In this document: positions 61,899 to 64,000 of the stretch, in pieces | Position numbering within the stretch: position 1 is the stretch's first letter | How the letters are laid out: each line of letters opens with the position of its first letter | DNA from: Squalus acanthias | Taxonomy: Eukaryota | Assembly (NCBI GenBank): GCA_030390025.1 | Contig: CM059432.1 | Location: 86,430,001 to 86,494,000, forward strand | Length of the DNA: 64,000 nucleotides | Reading direction: 5' to 3' | The notes under the pieces: model-generated | Told to the model about the DNA's origin: nothing | Seen by the model: only the letters and a program-made list of their open reading frames with translations | Databases searched by the model: none | Made by a program: the position numbers and the translations under genes

Positions 61899-62752
61899 AC
61901 TATCTCAAGCACAGCAGCTGCAGAAATTTTCCAATGTACAACTCTGTTTTGGGTACGAGTGGCCCATATCACAGCGGAGCACCGGTGACTGATTAAGGCC
62001 CATTAGTAAAGGCCTGATATTGGGCGAAAGAATCAATACAGTGCTCAGTTAACCATGTCCATTTGTGGGAGTTAAGTTGGGAAATAGCTGGACACAAAGT
62101 CAGGCTGGGAGTAGCTCACACATAAAGACTTCCCAAATAGGACTAGAAAAACATGAAGACTAATTTCAACTGTAAACACCGCTGAAAGATTCAGACTGGA
62201 ACAGCAACATCAAGGACAGGGATAAGTCATAATGCAGAGAAAGTAATGAGGGGAGTAAAAACATTTGGACAGGGCAAATAAGAAAGTAAAACAAGCCACC
62301 ATCATGATTTTGTGATTATTTTACAGGTAATTTGTTTTGCAGTTTCACATGAGGGTTGTGATGACTTTTTATAATGCATTTTGAGTAGGATAAGGTTTAT
62401 TTTTGAAAATCATTCTATCCCTGACATAAACTTGGAAGGAATCAAGAATCACAGCTCAGACTGATATCATGTGAACATTCCAAAACAGTGCCAAGAGAAA
62501 AATAAACCTCTAAGTACACCAATTACTCAGTCTATACATTTTCAGGATATTGAGGGATAATCTAAAGGAAGTTAAAATTAAAATAACACACATATGCACA
62601 AGAAAAAACATTAGGGATGTAGGAATGGTGGTGATGGTTCTTTACTGGGAAAAAGTTAATTTGAAAGCATCTTCTGGAGACATACTATTCAAGGACCAAA
62701 AGAATGTTCATGTTACTGAAATTCTTAAAGCCACAGCTTGTGAACTTAATAC

Positions 62753-62876
62753 CGGTGTGCCCCGCAGCAGGTATAACGCAGCTTAACATTTCTTGTAAAA
62801 AGGATCCACCACAACAACATCCCACAAACAGGTGAATGAAGGCAGTCAGGTTCAATAATGTCAAGCCAAAATAAGT
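62753..62876 (-). CDS. Candidate 124-nt exon of unidentified nested unit
   Basis: GTCGTTTTCAG|...CG|GTATTA; LFWLDIIEPD...YTCCGAH, phase 1 to 2, compatible with the 56567 exon. The donor is only moderate. Confidence 0.25.
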
Positions 62877-64000
62877 CTGAAAACGACATAGTAATTGTTG
62901 AGGCTGTAACACAGGAATGTTAAGTGTACTGAAGATTATTTCATGAGATTAGATGTGAGATTTTTCAAAATTTAAAACAAAAGCAGCTCAAATAGCTGCA
63001 AGTATTGAATGCTAATGTGCACTGGAGTGAAGATTATTATATGTTGGATACCATTATGCAAAAATGGCACCTTTCAAAGAAAACGCAAAACAATTCTAAT
63101 TTGTTTTTACCATTTACACTACCTAAAAGCTAGTCAATGTTTTAAGTAAACCAGCCAAGTTTTCTATCACTAGCAAGAAAAATCCTGATCTCCCTAGTTG
63201 TCAATTGTTTTGGGAATAATAGAAAAATGCAATATAGAAGAACTGAAAACAATTACACATTATTCATCTGAAAAACTAATTTCATCTAAATCTTTGCAGT
63301 TTTTCCCAGTATCATACAAATAGCGATCATGTGTTTTATTTTTGTTATTATACTTATTGCAAAACATTGATTGTTAATACAGCATTCAATGTGCCCAGAC
63401 CAGTAACTATCATAGTATAGTGTGGATTCATGACTAAAAGATGACATTTTAAATCCTAGTCTTGACTTACACTCAGACTCTTAAGACTTCCCCTTGTCTA
63501 AAGGGAGGGAAGAACAACTGTCTGGGGGGGTCCACTGCAGCATTTCTCTGGGGTGTTTCCTGGTGAGTTGACCAAGGAATTACACTGCTACCATTTACAG
63601 TCTATAAACTGACTATTCTGGCCTTCCAACTGAGAATAATGTGGATACAGGAATACGAGCTGGAAGAGGGAGGACTACTGAGAAGCTCATATATCGTGCT
63701 AACAGAAAGTTAATATTTCTAATAATAATTACTGTCAAAATGAGAAAGGAACAGAGAGCCATCAACAATTTCCAAATACTTTGGTCACATAATCAATGGT
63801 TGCATGTGGAGTCCAAGCAATCTAATGCACTATAACACACATGTATTAAATCATTTAAATTGATTTCCCCTATCATTTATGTAACATTAGGAGTAGTAAG
63901 TCCTGTCATGTGCTAATATGTGAAGCAAAATGCACAAATAAATCTTTTGGCTGTAAATCTAGCTTTTGTTTGTGATCAAACTAACTCCCAATTTTCCAAA

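Noticed and set aside
1..64000. CRISPR arrays, rRNA, prokaryotic operons
   Set aside because: Eukaryotic intronic/intergenic DNA; no regularly spaced repeat-spacer array or rRNA motifs seen.

Overview
Repeat-dense vertebrate DNA, almost certainly from a cartilaginous fish (shark-type SacSINE1/DeuSINE, CR1, L2 and Harbinger repertoire). The one host gene I can identify is the 3' end of STAU2 (Staufen-2) on the minus strand: an 89-nt penultimate exon (28500-28588) and a terminal coding exon (23294-23426). I see no upstream STAU2 exon, so everything from 28589 onward appears intronic. The rest is four large CR1 LINEs (one near full length, with an esterase ORF1), a LINE of another clade, L2 fragments, SacSINE1-like and AmnSINE2-like SINEs, and a PIF/Harbinger family: one full-length two-gene element, three decayed or deleted derivatives and several MITEs. 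Best leads: (1) two copies of a ~850-bp non-coding Harbinger-type element that share a 64-nt GT-AG intron, promoter motifs and a pre-miRNA-sized hairpin; (2) a 13-aa STAU2 C-terminal extension beyond the position of the human stop codon, suggesting a possible conserved readthrough segment; (3) a phase-consistent three-exon candidate unit nested in the STAU2 intron; (4) a ~210-bp-arm inverted repeat in that intron. Family names come from recalled consensus sequences, not database searches, and repeat boundaries are approximate unless a TSD is given.
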